A stretch of 64,000 nt of DNA from contig JAYWIR010000003.1 in the NCBI GenBank assembly GCA_036172245.1, positions 434,001-498,000 on the forward strand. The letters run 5' to 3'. Shown piece after piece: positions 12,435 to 29,795 of this stretch. A program made the position numbers and the translations under genes. The notes under the pieces were generated by a model, which saw nothing but the letters and a program-made list of their open reading frames with translations, was not told where the DNA came from and ran no database searches. The DNA comes from Raillietiella orientalis (lineage: Eukaryota). Every line of letters begins with the position of its first letter. Position 1 is the first letter of the stretch.

Positions 12435-14566
12435 TTACACAACCTGTATGACTTTGGAAGGATTGGGAACAAGTTCTTGAAAGGAATTCTGGGGAACCAC
12501 TGATGTGGCACATGTTTTACTGATGAGGGTTTCTTTGCTCTCCACTCTATTTCTGGTTTCAGATCTTCTTCTGTATCTGTGCAGATGTGATGGGCATCCA
12601 CGATTGGAGCTAGACACCAAGTCCCTGGATGGAAAGGTTTGGGGAGGGGCCACAGGCGAGTGTCCCCAAGTAAATGCTTGATCAAAGAAGACTCCGGCAG
12701 GATCACAGACAGCTAAATGATATGGAGGAGGAGGCTCATAACTTGGAGTTTCCTCAAATGCTGTCAAGTTAGCCCTATCAAGAGGGCGATCAGGAGCAAA
12801 TGTTCGGGAAGACCAACAATGAATAAAGCACCCAACTGCCACCATAATCAGCAAACCACAAAGTAAGCAGCCAAGCACTGCGCCAATTATCAGGGAATTC
12901 TGAAAAGCCTGACATTGGCGATCAAAGAGATGTGTTGAGAAAATTTTTACCTGGTTGCACCCCAGTTCATCACTTAAGTCAGAGCAGTCATAGTTCTGAT
13001 TACAATGCCATGATGCTTGGATGCACTGAGAATTGCGGCATAAAAAGCTGCCAAGGTTGGCATTGCAAAGGTTGTGGGAACAACCTTGCTCATCAGATCC
13101 ATCAGGACACTCAGCAATTCCATTGCATCGCTGAATTAATGAAAAGCAATGATGGCCATCACGACATGCAATGGCATCACCGCATCGACCAACTAATGAG
13201 TCAGCAGCAGAGTGTTATAGGCTAGGTGGTTGCATCACTTACCACAACCCATTTCATCTACAGCAGAACTGCATTCAAAGATCCCGTTGCATCTGTGCTC
13301 ATAAGAATGAAAACAATCTGGAGTGTTTGCATCACATAAGGTGTGGTTGGCAGGGCAGTTGCCTATTTCTAAACTCCTTTAACAATCTCCTGTTATGTAC
13401 TTTACCACAATTCATCTCATCTGACAAATCCCTGCAGTCAGGATGTCCATTACATCTGTGGCGTTTGTGGTAACACTGATCCCCACTAGAGCAGAGAAAG
13501 TGGTCACTTGCACATAAGCCACAGCCCAACTCATCCTGGCCAGAAATACAATCCCAAACATCATTACAACGTTGGGTGTAAAGGTTGTAACAGCTATCCT
13601 CCAAAGTGCCACAAGACTGCAGTGGCTCCAAGCATGGTCCTGAAAGAAAACTTGAAAAGGGTGTGCAGTTGAGAAATGAACTTACTCTGGCAGGAGTTTT
13701 CATCACTGTAGTCCCCACACTCAGTCTGACCATTGCAAATCCATGCGGAGGAAATGCACTTATTATTGGAACAACGAAAACTATGGTTTCCACACTGTCG
13801 CCCATTCAGTTTACCTGAAAATTCCTTGAACAGAAATTTCACTAGCATATTACAGTTACTTTTAAAGTAGCTAAACAGGAATCCCCTGCTTTTCTTGGAA
13901 CTGTTGGTCATGGCAGCTGACTGATACATGATGACAACATCTTTACCAACACTTTCATATGGAGGAGGCAAGGTTTTCTGTTCACAGTATTTTTTCAACA
14001 TATGAACGGCACCATTTTTTGAAATGGAGTAAATATACAACCAAGAATCCGAACAACAGGATGGATTGTTGCATCTTAGAGGATTTTCTATCATATCAAA
14101 GTCAGAAAAACTAAGAAAATGCATAAAACACCTCTAGCATGAATCCCATCTCCACAGTCGTTTACCTAATTATGACTCTTTCGTTCACCTTCAGCTGTAT
14201 ATACCATGTACAGTTTTCATAGAATCCTGGCTCCAACGAATTTTCCTCGGATGAAATTGTCCTCTGTGGACCATACAACACTCGCATACATGTCTTATTT
14301 GATGTTCTTTCAAGATGTGGTCCGGAAATAAAATCATGATTTAAAATGCCAGATTCCCTATTTAAGATGTCAATTTCCCCAGGATCGGATGCAACCATGA
14401 CTGCAAAAAACAATACGAGTCAACCGAAGCCTTTAGGGTCATTTCTCCGATTTTTCAAATTAAAAGAATACACTATGTGAATTTTGAAAAATACTCCGCA
14501 CTTACCACTGTTGTATGCAGCATAATGTACTGCGCACCACAAATTCATGAAGAGCTTCACGTTCAT
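12435..14566 (-). CDS. LRP12/LRP10/LRP3-like receptor (CUB, about 6 LDLa modules, TM, PPPY); exact 3' end uncertain
   Basis: CUB motifs (NCTWYIQL...VIISFSDFDM, KYCEQKTLPPPY, RGFLFSY); LDLa modules such as CGNHSFRCSNNKCISSAWICNGQTECGDYSDENSC; TM IIGAVLGCLLCGLLIMVAVGC; EPPPPY. Short GT-AG introns keep the frame. Candidate ATG at 14566. Confidence 0.85.
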
Positions 14567-17127
14567 GTTACTCCGATATCAATAAAAAACGTCACTTATT
14601 TACTGAATCCCAATTTCATCATTACTGCTCTTAGTAACATACAAACACGTACAGAAATGTTACATATTGTACACACATTTTCAGCACGTACAAGGTTGTG
14701 TTTACATTGCTATGGAGCACGCTCGCCTAACATGAATTGATGCCATTCCAAAAGCAATAGTGATTATATATACGTACACACAAACATAAGATACGAATTC
14801 TTTCATTGATGTTCATTTATCAAATCGAAAAACAACGTTACAACAAATCGAAGCGAGGTCAATAATGCAGCAAATACTTTATACAGTAATAATTCAGATA
14901 GCTCACTAGTATGGTTATCTCACACGAGTGCTATAGAACAAACACAGGAAAATATAATTAAGCAAACCAAATTGTTAGCCTATTTCGACCTCTAGATCAA
15001 TGGAGATAGTGGAACACCGCTTGCCTCAAATAAATCTGAGCATGCGGAGCAAACTAAAATTATGGGTTCCAAAAATGACCACGAAATAAAGAGTTGTTTG
15101 GAATATACTCCTGCAGAATCTACATCTGTACAGTAAACACCTGAGCACAATTGTGTTTCGTCAGTTTCACTGTATATAACCAAAGCCACTTGCAAGTATG
15201 GTTTTCTAACTCTCCCGTCAATTCGGTGAGGCTTTTGACACCGATGAAAGCACACCTCTTCCCGAAAAGCATAACTTTCCTGATGCTCGGATGCAATCCA
15301 CATTCTTTTCCATTCTAACGAGGTATGCAATTGTACCTTGCTGTCAACAGGACAAAAATTGCTTTCTCCCCTTCCCGAAATCACGTAATCATTCAATGAC
15401 ATATTTAGGAATGAACTTCCAACCGGGGTGAACATTTTTTTGAAGACCATCTTAGTTGGGAATTGTGGCTGCTGCAGCAGCCAATTGTAAATTCGGAAAA
15501 CACGTGCTTCTTCGTGTGGGAAACACTAATTGCACACGTACGAACGCTAGAATTACCCAAGAATATAAAATCATTATCCCCTTTAATACAGACGTCATAC
15601 CGTATTCGTTATCTATTGAATAAAACTCTGTTCTTATCAGCTGAACATCTGATAGGCCACCCATTTGGTGGCCATTACATTGAACTACTTTGTGGAAGTG
15701 AACGGGCCCGTAGAACACGAAAACGAACCCACGTTAATTAAAGATATGTGGTGCAAGTAATTCTCCAGAGTTGCTTATGTACTCTTTTTTGCGCTAATCT
15801 CTTGCTTATTCTGCAACGGATTAGATTTTAGTAGTAGTCACGTTAAATTGTGTGCTATTTAGTGTTTTTCCTTCAATTCTCACGAACTTCATGTTTTCTT
15901 GGATGCCTTTCTGACTACATCACGCCCCATAATATCGTGCTCTACATCCCCATCCGTGGCTCAACGAATACTGATGAGCTATAATGTCCATCCATTATTT
16001 TATTCCCACAATTTCTAAATACATAAACTCCACCCAGATCTTCATGCAATAGCTGCTAAGATCCGAGCTGATTCCCCTAGAAAACATGCCCGTTTTTCTT
16101 CAGTTCTGCTTTTGTAACGGTGCTCGGCTGCCCAAGTTTCCTTTTCATACAGTTGGCATTGGAATAATTGCTTTGTCGTTTCTAAATTCGATGCCAGATC
16201 GTATGTAAGTGGCATATACGAACCTTTGTGACGAATCAACTAGGTACACATTCACTACAAGTATGCGTGATATCTCGGGACTTTTACCCTCTGCTGAATG
16301 GAAACGAACGTTTTTATTCAAGGAACACTACCAGCAAACCAATTATCGATTGGCTTTCTTGCTTTGCATTACACTTATGCACAATTCCTTGTAGTTCTAC
16401 CACTGCCTACTGCCCTATGACAAGATCCAAGTCCCCTCCGAACCCCTTACACAATCTTATGAGGGAGATGCAGGAGCAATCAATACCCATTAACCCACTC
16501 TGACATTAATGGCTACATTGTCATGAGGGTCTCAATTGATTACTTTCATTTGTTGTTGCTGTTGTTGTAAACAATTGCACTGTTGAGAGCACACATTTGG
16601 TCACTAGTAATTCTGAACACTCTTTTACTCCGAAACATGTGACACAACTGAAATGATCCTTGTGCACTCAAATCCTTGGGATTAGTAGTTGACCAACCAT
16701 GCAAGGTACAGTGGCATCTCAACAATTCCTTTTTAAGTTAACATCTAACAAAACTAATAACTGCATCATGAATTCAGAATTCATATATTTCCCAATAGCA
16801 AAACAACACAAGTGCCCACAGAGTTATCTCAAACAGCATTTCAAATTTTAAAGGCGAAAATGCTTCATTTTTTGTTTTTGTTTTTTATCAGTCTTACACT
16901 TATATTCACCTCATTCTATCATCATTCCTTCTCAAAATCCTTACATTTACCAGCAAAGCTGGTATAGGTTGCAAAGTATAAAATGCTGCTAACTGAACAA
17001 TGGTTATCAACGCATGTGACATTGGCAGAACACAAGAGATATGGTGTTGACATTCTTCTACTTTCTTGTAGACAAAAGAAAAGTCTCCTAATTTTAAGAA
17101 AATGGTCTCCCTCAAAGTTAGCTGATT

Positions 17128-18024
17128 TCATCTTCGCGTAGTCCTTCCAAAAGCATAACTAGTTTCCTTTTCTTCCTCCTTATTCCCTCTATGATGCACT
17201 TCAGAAAAACCCGTGGGTTGATGCGAACTGTATGCAAGTGAGGACAAGAAGTTCACTTCACAAGATATGTACCTGTTTCTGCCAAATAGATAACCTAATG
17301 CACCTCCAGCAGCCATTCCAGTCCAAAAATTTCCTTGACTAGATGGCGCAGATGGGTAATATGTACTATCAAATAATTCAGGACGAAAACCAGGTTGTGG
17401 AGGAGCTCCTCTGAATACATTATAACTACAATTGAAAAAGTTATATTCTTGATAGTCACATTCATGTTTACCGTTCAGAAGGCAGGCAATTGGAATACAA
17501 AAAGTACATAAGACCAACAATAACCAAAAGCCATACAAAGTGCAATGCAGTCCAACCATTTTCTACATTACCAAACAAATGTCCATGACTTTTTTTGTTG
17601 GAAAATTCCAAAGTGTATTCAACCTAGAGCACAAAAAAGCTTTCAATTAATTTAATTTCAAAATGCAATCAGAAAAATTTCACTCACTCCACAGGAATCC
17701 ACTAGCACATAGCTATCCTCTGGATAATCATAGCCCTCACAATTTACATCAATTCTGCCAAATTTGACACCCTGATGAAGCTCTGCTCTGCACTCCCACT
17801 GAAATTTTCGATATGGGATTTCTAAAAGACCGCAAAAGTTACCTGTGCATCGTTTCCATCTCTTCCTCGATTGTAACATTGCACAGAATCTGGTTCATAT
17901 GTTCCACAACCAGCAGACCCACCTACACACTTTAACTGAGGTATGCTAGGGGAACGGCGGCCGTTTGTCCAGCGGTATTTATGCAAGGTAAGGGTCTCAA
18001 CATCTCTCAATTTGATTTTTTTAT
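17128..18024 (-). CDS. SARAF: Store-operated calcium entry-associated regulatory factor (TMEM66); signal-peptide exon (about 18100-18245) unresolved
   Basis: LRDVETLTL...RRSPSIPQLKCVGGSAGC...VQCYNRG.DG.D.QWEC...FGRIDVNCEGYDYPED.YVL..SCG; C-terminal FWTGMAAGGALGYLFG and FGRTTRR*. Confidence 0.92.
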
Positions 18025-19617
18025 CTAGAAATAAAAGACTGCTGAGTCCAAGGCTGCTTTTTTAAATCATGGTCAATTTTTATGGTAAAAAGCAACAAAA
18101 ACATTTAGCAACCTTTGCAATACAGTTAAGAGCGCTAAAAATGCTTCGTGATGACACTGCCACACAAACCAAAAGCACCGTATCTACAGAACTAAGGAAA
18201 CTGTTTTACGATTATGGAATCATGAAGTATAATCCACGTCTTCATGAAACCTGACACAGGACCGCCTGCCCGTCACATTACCCACGCTAAAACGTAATTT
18301 GGAGTTAGGTGAAAATTATTAATGTTATGTTCCTTACAAAGCATTAAGAAGTATTAAAACTACGAATGCTTTCGGATTCACTGTAATCTATACTAAGTTA
18401 ATCAACCAAAATAAGATTAAGAGCTTAACGGTAGTTCTTCCATATTCACATGACTAACAACGTATAAAGCATTATTATCACGGATAGGTTCCACGTGCTG
18501 CTATTGCACAAAACGGTGAAAAGATTATACGATTCGGATGCACATGCCGAAACTCTTCTCGCATAACTATTGTATGTACTTACTTAGATGACCTCCACAT
18601 GTCGTGCTTAATTTAAAGATCAAAAAAATAATAATACAATGAGATGCCTCTCGAATCATTGGGGACAATTGTTTTCCAAGAAACCAAAACTGACTAACAC
18701 TTCCAACACGGTCACAAGCAACCTATCCAGGGATTGCTTCTCCCCATCACTGCAGCTAGTGACGATCATTCCTAGTCAAACCAGGATTCTCAAACTAGTC
18801 TAAAACAAAAAGTAAAAGAAAAAAGTCATGAACATTCTGGGCTCACGCATACTACTGCATTTGTGACTCGACTAGCATTTATTATATATTGCTTCGAAAC
18901 CAAATACAAATTGGGGTATCAAGCTATCGCTCCTAAAAACATTAGCTTCATATTTTAATTTAAGAACAATAATTTAAGAAAAGGACTTCAAAAATCCATT
19001 GTCCCTATTTTTCTTGAAAATCATAAAATTCAAACAAATTATTGAGCATAAACAGAAACTAATACGTAAACAATGCATTTTGTGGTCACTTTCAATAACT
19101 TCGGTATATATCTGCTTGATGTGCTCACCTGGTTTTAATATAGAGAACTCTCAAAAATCTATGTTAGTGAAGAAATGCTAAGGTTATTTATCAGATATTG
19201 GATATCCAACAAAATGAAGAATTATATTTTACATGAAATTTGTTCAAAACTCATAACAAATGTAACTAATAAGTAATTTTTCCTATTTATTAAATTCATG
19301 TTTTCTTTTTCGCATTTTCTGTTAATAACCATGTGCATATGAATCCATTTTTGAAAATAATTCTTCCGGAACAACTTTCTTTTCCATCATTATACTGATT
19401 TACAAATAAATTACTAAATGTATGTGTCTTTTTTTTTCTTGCAACTAATAAATGAAAAAAAAAATTCAAGCTATGCTTAAAATTATACTATTTCCAACTT
19501 CTTTCTTTGGAATTCCTCCCTTTCTCAACATGTGCAAAACCATGTGATACAAATACAAAGTAAATCAGTGAAAAGGGGCTCCGATGTTTTATAAAGTTAA
19601 AGTTTATTCTACAGAAT

Positions 19618-20290
19618 CTAACTATGAGTTAGAAGTAGAAATTGACACTTATCGTCAAAGAGCGTGTCATACAAGGTAAAAATTGGCTTCATAAAAATAA
19701 AAAGCCATGTAACAGCTGGAGTTGGAATATTACCAATCAGTGATTGTATTGAAAAAAATCTAGAATCCCATTCAAAGATCGAGAAATATAAAAGTCTTAC
19801 ATGAAATTCAGAGCACAATGTGCTCTCTTACTGTTGCATCCCAAAGGGAACCCTGAAAAGTAGAAATCCATTAGGTCTTCCGAACTATCCTGCCTTTCGC
19901 TCTGAATCTTCTTGAAATTCAAAACTATCCTCTGAAGTCTGTCATCACTATCAGCATCAAGGTCTTCCTTTGAACTCTGATACTCTCTTAAATCCCCATC
20001 ATCAATTCCGCCAATGCGATTAATGTTTTTAGGGCGATTAAACAAGAGAACTTCGAACAAAAATTGAAAAAAAGAATGATTTATTTTAACAGACATGTAT
20101 CCTAATGAATAATGGAATGTGAGTTCTATGACTCTGATCACTATCTATTATCACTCTCAATAACGTTTCTTGTAATACTTTTTCTATTAATCGAATTGAG
20201 AATGAATCATACATGCACTGCATTCACTGAAGGTCTATTCTTCTCAGAAAGGGTTCAGCATTCTCAAATGACCATTTTGCAGAGGGAGTT
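19618..20290 (-). mobile_element. Possible heavily decayed hAT-family transposase C-terminal fragment
   Basis: LIGNIPTPAVTWLFIFMKPIFTLYDTLFDDKCQFLLL loosely fits the hAT dimerisation pattern L.IP.TS...ER.FS.MK.I.T..R..L.D. Frameshifted; no TIRs seen. Confidence 0.25.
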
Positions 20291-21247
20291 GCTTACTCAC
20301 ACATGGGATATGGTGTTTTCTTTCGGAAAAAAAAAGTTTCAATATTTCGTAGATTTTCATGTATTTGCTTCAAACGACCATATATATATACACCCCAGCA
20401 TCATGATATCGACACAATCGCATTTTGATTTTTTGTTTTAGGGCTGTTGATGTAGATTTTATTTTGAAAAAGGGGTTAAAACTGTGATTGCATAAACTCG
20501 GCTTGTTATGTATATAGTTTTTTTATTTATCTCATAAGGCCTGTAAATTTTGACGTTATTTTTATTATAAAAAATAAAAAGTGCTTGAGGTCAAATAATA
20601 ACGACTGCTTTTCCTGAAAGTAGTTACCGCATGTCATGTATTTTGCGATAAATTACAGAAGGTAAAATATTGCTATCACTGGAATTGGTAATATTGATTT
20701 CCCTTGTTTTCTGTTGCAAAATTACGTATTTGTTTCATAATGAGGTAGTATTGAATGGTGTTAAGTGAAATAAACGTATATTATTGCAGTTAATTTTTCC
20801 AAAATCGGTATACATATTCGTAAAGTTCAAATCATGGGTGAGCATGAGTATCCCTAAGAATGAGTTTGCTCGATGTGTGTGTGTTTTTTTTCCTAGTTAT
20901 GATGCAAATTTTGGAGTTTTTTTTTCTAATTCGTAGGATATTTCTTGCCAGATAATACTTGGTGTGGGAGAACTGTTAAGCAATAACAGTTCGATCTTAT
21001 TTGTTTAGTAGTACCATTGGCTGGCATATTGTTCCATCATCTCACTCGGTATGCTTAGTGAACGGTGTTGCAAACTTCAGTATTCTGTGTTGCGATGTGT
21101 TGGTAACATCGTAATGAAAACAGATACATCACACGAAAATGTACATGAATGAATAATTGATTTGTTGATGGAATTGGCATTTCTTTTTATTATTGTTAAT
21201 AGAAGCACATTTTTAGTGATAGGTTTTCTTTAAGAGGAATATTCAAA

Positions 21248-21986
21248 ATGTCTAATCGGAAAATATTTTTAAAAGTTATTATACTTGGTGATACTGGAGT
21301 GGGCAAGACTTCACTAATGAATCAGTTTGTAAATAAAAAGTTCAGCAACCAATATAAAGCAACAATTGGAGCAGATTTTTTAACAAAAGAAGTGACAGTA
21401 GATGATAAACCTGTTACTTTACAAGTGAGTGGGTTCCGGAAATGGCTTTCAATTTTTTTTTTTTTTTTTACGTTGATGATTAATGATTTCAGATTTGGGA
21501 TACAGCTGGCTTGGAAAGGTTTCAAAGTTTAGGTGTAGCATTTTATAGAGGTGCAGATTGTTGTGTTCTCATATTTGATGTAACAACAGCCACCAGTTTC
21601 AAGTCTTTGGACAGCTGGAGAGATGAGTTTTTAATTCAGTCAGCCCCAAAAGATCCACACAATTTTCCATTTGTGGTGCTGGGAAACAAAATTGACTTAG
21701 AAAATAGAGCGGTAAGCAGGTGCAACAGTCCTTTAGATAGTTAATGCAATTTTATTGAAATGTGCAGGTATCCACAAAACGTGCCCAGCTATGGTGCCAG
21801 CAAAAGAACAACATTCCCTATTTTGAAACAAGTGCTAAAGAGGCTATAAATGTTGAAGTTGCCTTTCAAACTATTGCACGCAATGCTCTGGCTCAGGAAT
21901 CTGAAGTTGAGCTATTCAATGAGTTCCCTGACCAAATTAGATTGAACCATGAGAAAAATCCCTCCAATGATACATGTACTTGCTGA
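21248..21986 (+). CDS. RAB7: Ras-related protein Rab-7 (3 coding exons)
   Basis: [55 protein letters not shown]-terminal CTC prenylation motif. Confidence 0.98.
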
Positions 21987-22038
21987 ATGTGCATGTGATT
22001 ATTTTGAAGCTGTATACAAAATCATGGCCAAGAATGAA

Positions 22039-24437
<2,399 letters not shown>

Positions 24438-25627
24438 GATGTTGAAAGTTATAAGCATTTTCACCTTTCATGTACGATAAAAATCGTAATGAACCTTATG
24501 GTTGTAGTCGACTGAAGTTGTCCTCAAAACTACTGACTGAATTTTGGAAGTCATTTGTATAAGGACCTCACTCATTTTAAGCTGTAGCACTTTAAATTAT
24601 CATTATCTTCAACGAGCACTATCTACATTATCGTTACTTCGATTCACCTACGATCTGAATGCTTTATTTATTTGGAAAACAGCGTGCATTACCAATTTTG
24701 AACATTCAAGCTTCTGTTCATTTAGGAAATAAAGTGAAACAGCGCCAGTATCACTTAGTGCACTCGGTCCTGAAGCAAAACATTAATCAGGCAATAAATC
24801 CCTAATTCTAAGTATCAAAAAAAAATACCAAAAATCTCATTGCATCCCTTTTATCATTATCTGTATCCATCAACTATTTTAATTACGATCCATATTCAAG
24901 AATTAGTAAAATAAGATCACCTTTAAAGATTATAAACCTTTCAAATAGTTTGGCATAAGTCCTGGTCAATTCAAAGTATGTTTTATAGTGAACATAACAA
25001 AAATGAGCATTATGAAATCAAAATGCAAAATCAAAATGATGAAACTGTGGTTAGAGCGCAGTAATTGTGCACGGATATGAACTTTGAAAACTTAATTAAA
25101 TGTAAACTATTAAAAATACAAAGAAAGAAATCATTCATTTGCATATTTAAAAAACAAATGTGTTGGAGGTTTCGAGTTTGCTCCGCATCCTATACTTTGA
25201 TGCTGGTGTAATTACATTTAATGTGTAAACGAGTGTTGGATTTTCAATCATACTGGACTTTTTCCCTTTGAAATCATACACAGTGTGCAAGCATTATCGT
25301 TTGCAGACTCTAAAGGGTCCGATTTTTGTGGGCAAAGTGAACTACCTCATGATTTTCGTTTAAGAAAAGAATCAGCCAGAAAAATAAGAAAGCAATTTAT
25401 TAACTGGGTCATTAATGAGATCCAACTAAAATTTTTCCGTATTATATGCTAAAAAAACAATATGTTGAGCAAAAAGTTTTACTGGATCTACTTCCTGAAC
25501 AAGTCATCCGCCACTTCTCTTTGATCTGATGCGTCGGGGCAGAATATTGTTCTTGGTTTCTGCCAGTTTCATTTTAACCGATATTGCTGTGCCGAAGGCC
25601 ACATAAGGAGTTGTATCTTTCGAAGAT

Positions 25628-28600
25628 ATGATGCTTTCTTCAGTTTTGGGAAAGCTTTATACGGTTGGTTTTCTTAACGTTCATTGGAGAAGATCACCAA
25701 AGAATGGGTGGACCATTAGTCTTATGGTACAGCCCTATGAAAAGAGTTTGTCTTCGGTTCGAACCTTAGTGCAAAATAAAATTGCCAGTGCTGAGCTTGA
25801 ACTCGAAACGAAGTTGGTAAAACTGTATTGGACAGATTTCAAATATGAAAAATATTCATGCTATCCCTTAACATGGTTAAGAGATAACTGCCAATGCACT
25901 GAGTGTTTCAGCAAAGAAACGTTTTCTCGGCTATTACGAATTGATCAATTAAAAATAGGCCAAATTCCTTCCCAAATTCAGGTAACGAGAGGATTGAATT
26001 TCGTTGACATAAGGAATACTTAATTGCAATGTCAATAACAGGCTGTTATAAGAGCCATATCTAATACATCTCCCTAAGGAAATTTTCAAAAGATTTCATT
26101 CAAAATTGTGCATGTTGTTACTGGTTTTCTATCGTATTTTTACGTGTGTATTAATTTTACCATAATTTATCATCACGCAGTGTTGTATTTTAATTTAGAT
26201 GTAGGTTACTTTTTTTTTTTTTTTTTTTTTTTTTTAAGCTTTATCATTTAAAGATGCGTCATCTGTGCTGGAAATTCAATAGCGCTATTGAAACACCTTT
26301 GTCAGGAGCGTGAATTGCAAAAAAGCAAAGGTATCAGGTTTGTATTTTCACACATAACATGGGCATTGGCTGAAGCCAAATCGTAGTCGAGCTTCCAAAG
26401 CCGAACAAAAAGAACTTTTCCAGTGTTTCGTAACAAAAGAGAAGATCGTAATGTTTTTTTTTGAAGGGCGCATTTTCCTGAACTTCATAATTATATAATC
26501 ATTACGTTGCAGTAGCAGTTGACATTATGTTTCATGGAACTTCAGACTTTGTAAATATAGCTACACTAATGTGACAGTTTTTGAAAAGCATTCATTATTT
26601 TGGAAATAGATCTTTTGAAGTGATACACGATTATTATGAGAGTTAACAAAGTAATCAGCAGAATAGCAAGATAAAAGGAAGTTCACTAGAAATTGTTACA
26701 TAAGCTGCCATGGTGATGTACTGAGAATATTTCCTTGTGCTGAATTTGATTTAGCTTTTTGGTTTTTTCAACCGGAATTTTGATACTTTTTGGTAAATAA
26801 TGATACTTTTTAATGATTAAAAAAAATGAATTTTGATTTAAAAAAAATTTGGGGTTTAATCTTCAAGTTGTTTATTTTGATAGCTAGGAATATAACGATG
26901 TAAGTATACTTCAGTTTTACATTTCTGTTCATGGTAGGTGTTGGAAAACGAGAAACTGGAAGTTGGCTGGTGTGATGGCCATGTTTCTGTGTTCAGCTGG
27001 AATTGGTTGCAAAGCAGAAGTTTTAATAGATTTAATCAGAGAATCCGGAAGACATTCATTAAGCCCCAAAAACAGAAGTGGGGTCAAGAATTCTGGAAAA
27101 TTTTACCTAAGTAAATTTGAAAGCAATCTTGTATGCAAGCATTCTAAGTGTTGATTAGATTCAGTTTCGAAGACATCTTGAAAGATGATGATAAACTCTA
27201 TGATTGGCTTTGTGATCTTGATGTTTATGGTATATCATTGCTGAGTGGTGTTCCTGTGAAACCAAATCAGGTGCACGTTTTGGCTGATAGGGTGAAATAT
27301 TCAAAAAGAACTCATTATGGGTAAAATAAATATATACTTAGAACTGGAATGCTACCACTTTTTTATCCTTTCCTTGATGTAATTGTGTAATGGAAATTCT
27401 TTTTAAGTTTGAAAAATTCCTTCCCCTTTCCTCTCCCCTCTTGATAGCATATTCAAGTGCACTGAGGTTCAACACAAGTAAGCATATGTGAGAGTACCTG
27501 CTGTGCATTGAAAGCCATATTTCAAACAGTGTTTCAACTGTTTCTTATGAATATTATTCTTTGTAGTTGTTTTATAAAAACAATAATTGAGAGATTGCAA
27601 CTAAAAATTGTGTATATTATTTGTATTTGTAATATTGAAGTAGATAATATGTCAATTTATGAGAGTTTGAGCTGTATTTTCAGTGTTTCGTGTTGCAAAA
27701 TTGTAAGTGACTTTTAAGGTTTACATGCAAAAGTCATTGAACTTCTCCTCTTGTTTCTTTTTCTTTCACTTCACCAAGAAAAAAACATTCTGATGGCTTA
27801 TTTGAACTTGAAATTTAAGCATGAAGTAGCCGCTATAGGAATCAGTGTGTATGTGTGTGATTCCCAATACAAGGACCCCTGGATTTACAGAAAGTATGTT
27901 TAAAAACTGCGGACAGGCCTCTAACATTGCAGTGTTTTGACTGTACTTGTTTTATATAGTTCACTGAATTGCAATCATAAATTGATCTTTGCTAGACAGA
28001 ATATTGCTGTCAGTATGAGTTTTCCTCAAAAAGCAGAATCTGCTTATTTGGTAACCAGATTTATTTTTATGATATGAAAGTTGTGTTATTTAAATGACCA
28101 AAGATTTTAAAAAATTTGTAGGTAGTAAACAAAAAATTGTAATTTGTTTGACATGTTGGCTGTGAGTGTTTAAAAGTAATTGCTAGGAAACAATTTCCTT
28201 GCTGGTTTAAAGTATTTTTAATGATTTGTATATCTTGAGACCACCATTTTGATATTAGCATGTTAAGAAGGCGTTGATAAGTATTCAGCATAAGTGTCAC
28301 ATTACAGCATCATAAATTCACATTGAATACTTCTGTAGTCTTTGTGGAAGCCAACTACATTTTTTCAGGAAATGGATCTAATGAGTGTTTGATTTCCTTT
28401 TGATATGATTTTCAAAAAGGCAAAAATGGAGGTTTAAATTGAAACTAACGTCAGAAAATCAAGTAATTTTTTTTACACTGTCCAATACTTTCATTAATCA
28501 CACTAGTGCAAAAGTTTACACTTTTCTCAAACATTCGGATTTATTGAATGTCGTGGAAAACCTGATAATTTGTGATTTGTAACAGTAATGGAAGGCCATT

Positions 28601-29795
28601 TTGAAAGATTAAGATAAAAGTTAATTAGCTTAGATATTGTTAGGGGTCTTGAAAAGCATGAACTTCAAAACAAGAACTTAAACTTCTACAAGAACTGCAT
28701 TTTGATGTTAAGATATGTTCATGTGCATGTCAAAGTAGATATAGTTATTAAGTCTAGTACAATTGAAAGAGTACATATGCAACTTAAAAAAAAAAAAAAA
28801 ATCATTTATATTCCTATGATTATCATAAATTACATAGGCAATTTTTTCCCGTAAATTTCTTATTGTTTACTTGTTAAATAAAGTTTAAAAGAAAACAAAG
28901 CATAAAAACTTGTTTTGATTCCATACATGTTGATTTGCAATTTCACATTTTGTTTATGGATAGATTTTCTAGTTGTTTATTTCATAAATAAGATTGAAAT
29001 TGAGAGTGTTCAAAAGGATAACTTGTATTGTTAGCAGCATCAGTTGTGTATTATTGTTTATTCCCAGACACATATTTGATGTTATAGCCAGACCTGATGC
29101 TAGCAATGTTGCTTACACAGATGGTCCTCTGCAACTTCATACTGACCTTCCATACTATCTATATGTACCAGGAGTGACTCTTCTTCATTGCATTGTGCAA
29201 GATATTGGATCAAGTGGTCACAGTCTTGTATCTGATGGTCTCCAGGCAGCACAGCAGCTACGTGACAGATATCTTAGTCACTATGAAGTTTTGGTCAACA
29301 CTGATGTTGATTGGATAGATATTGGATTGGAGAATAATATACCATTCTATAAAATATGTTGTTCACCTGTCTTAAGGTCAGTATCTAATCGATCATTTTA
29401 AAAAATATCACATTATAACAGTGTAAATGATGAAGATCAAGTGGAATGTGTACGCTTCAGTCAGCCACAAAGAGATTCCTTTTTCACTACAAAACTTGAA
29501 AATGTTGAATCTTGGTATGAGGCATTCAAAGTGTTCTCTGACCTTCTTCATGATCCTGCTAACTTGATCTCCTTTCAGATGAAGCCAGGTAACATGAAAA
29601 GTCCTTACACTTGCATTCACTTGTTTACTTGTAGGAGAGATGCTTGCATTTGACAATACAAGGGTGGTTCATGGGCGAGGTCAACTCACTTCTGGAAATA
29701 AGCGTCACATGCAAGGCACATACATTGATTGGGATGAAGTACGATGTAGAAGGAGAACATTAGCCAAGAAATGTGGCAGATTTGCAGAATATTGA
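25628..29795 (+). CDS. BBOX1: Gamma-butyrobetaine dioxygenase-like (Fe/2OG TauD family, carnitine biosynthesis)
   Basis: Zn-binding WLRDNCQCTEC...WCDGHVS; NVAYT...LHTDLPYY..PGVTLLHC; FDNTRVVHGR; RHMQGTYIDWD; stop at 29793-29795. Confidence 0.9.

Noticed and set aside
15830..15995. Minus-strand frame with an in-frame TGA (…GCRARYYGA*CSQ…) as a possible selenoprotein
   Set aside because: No recognisable selenoprotein family motif or SECIS element; neighbouring frames have many other stops.
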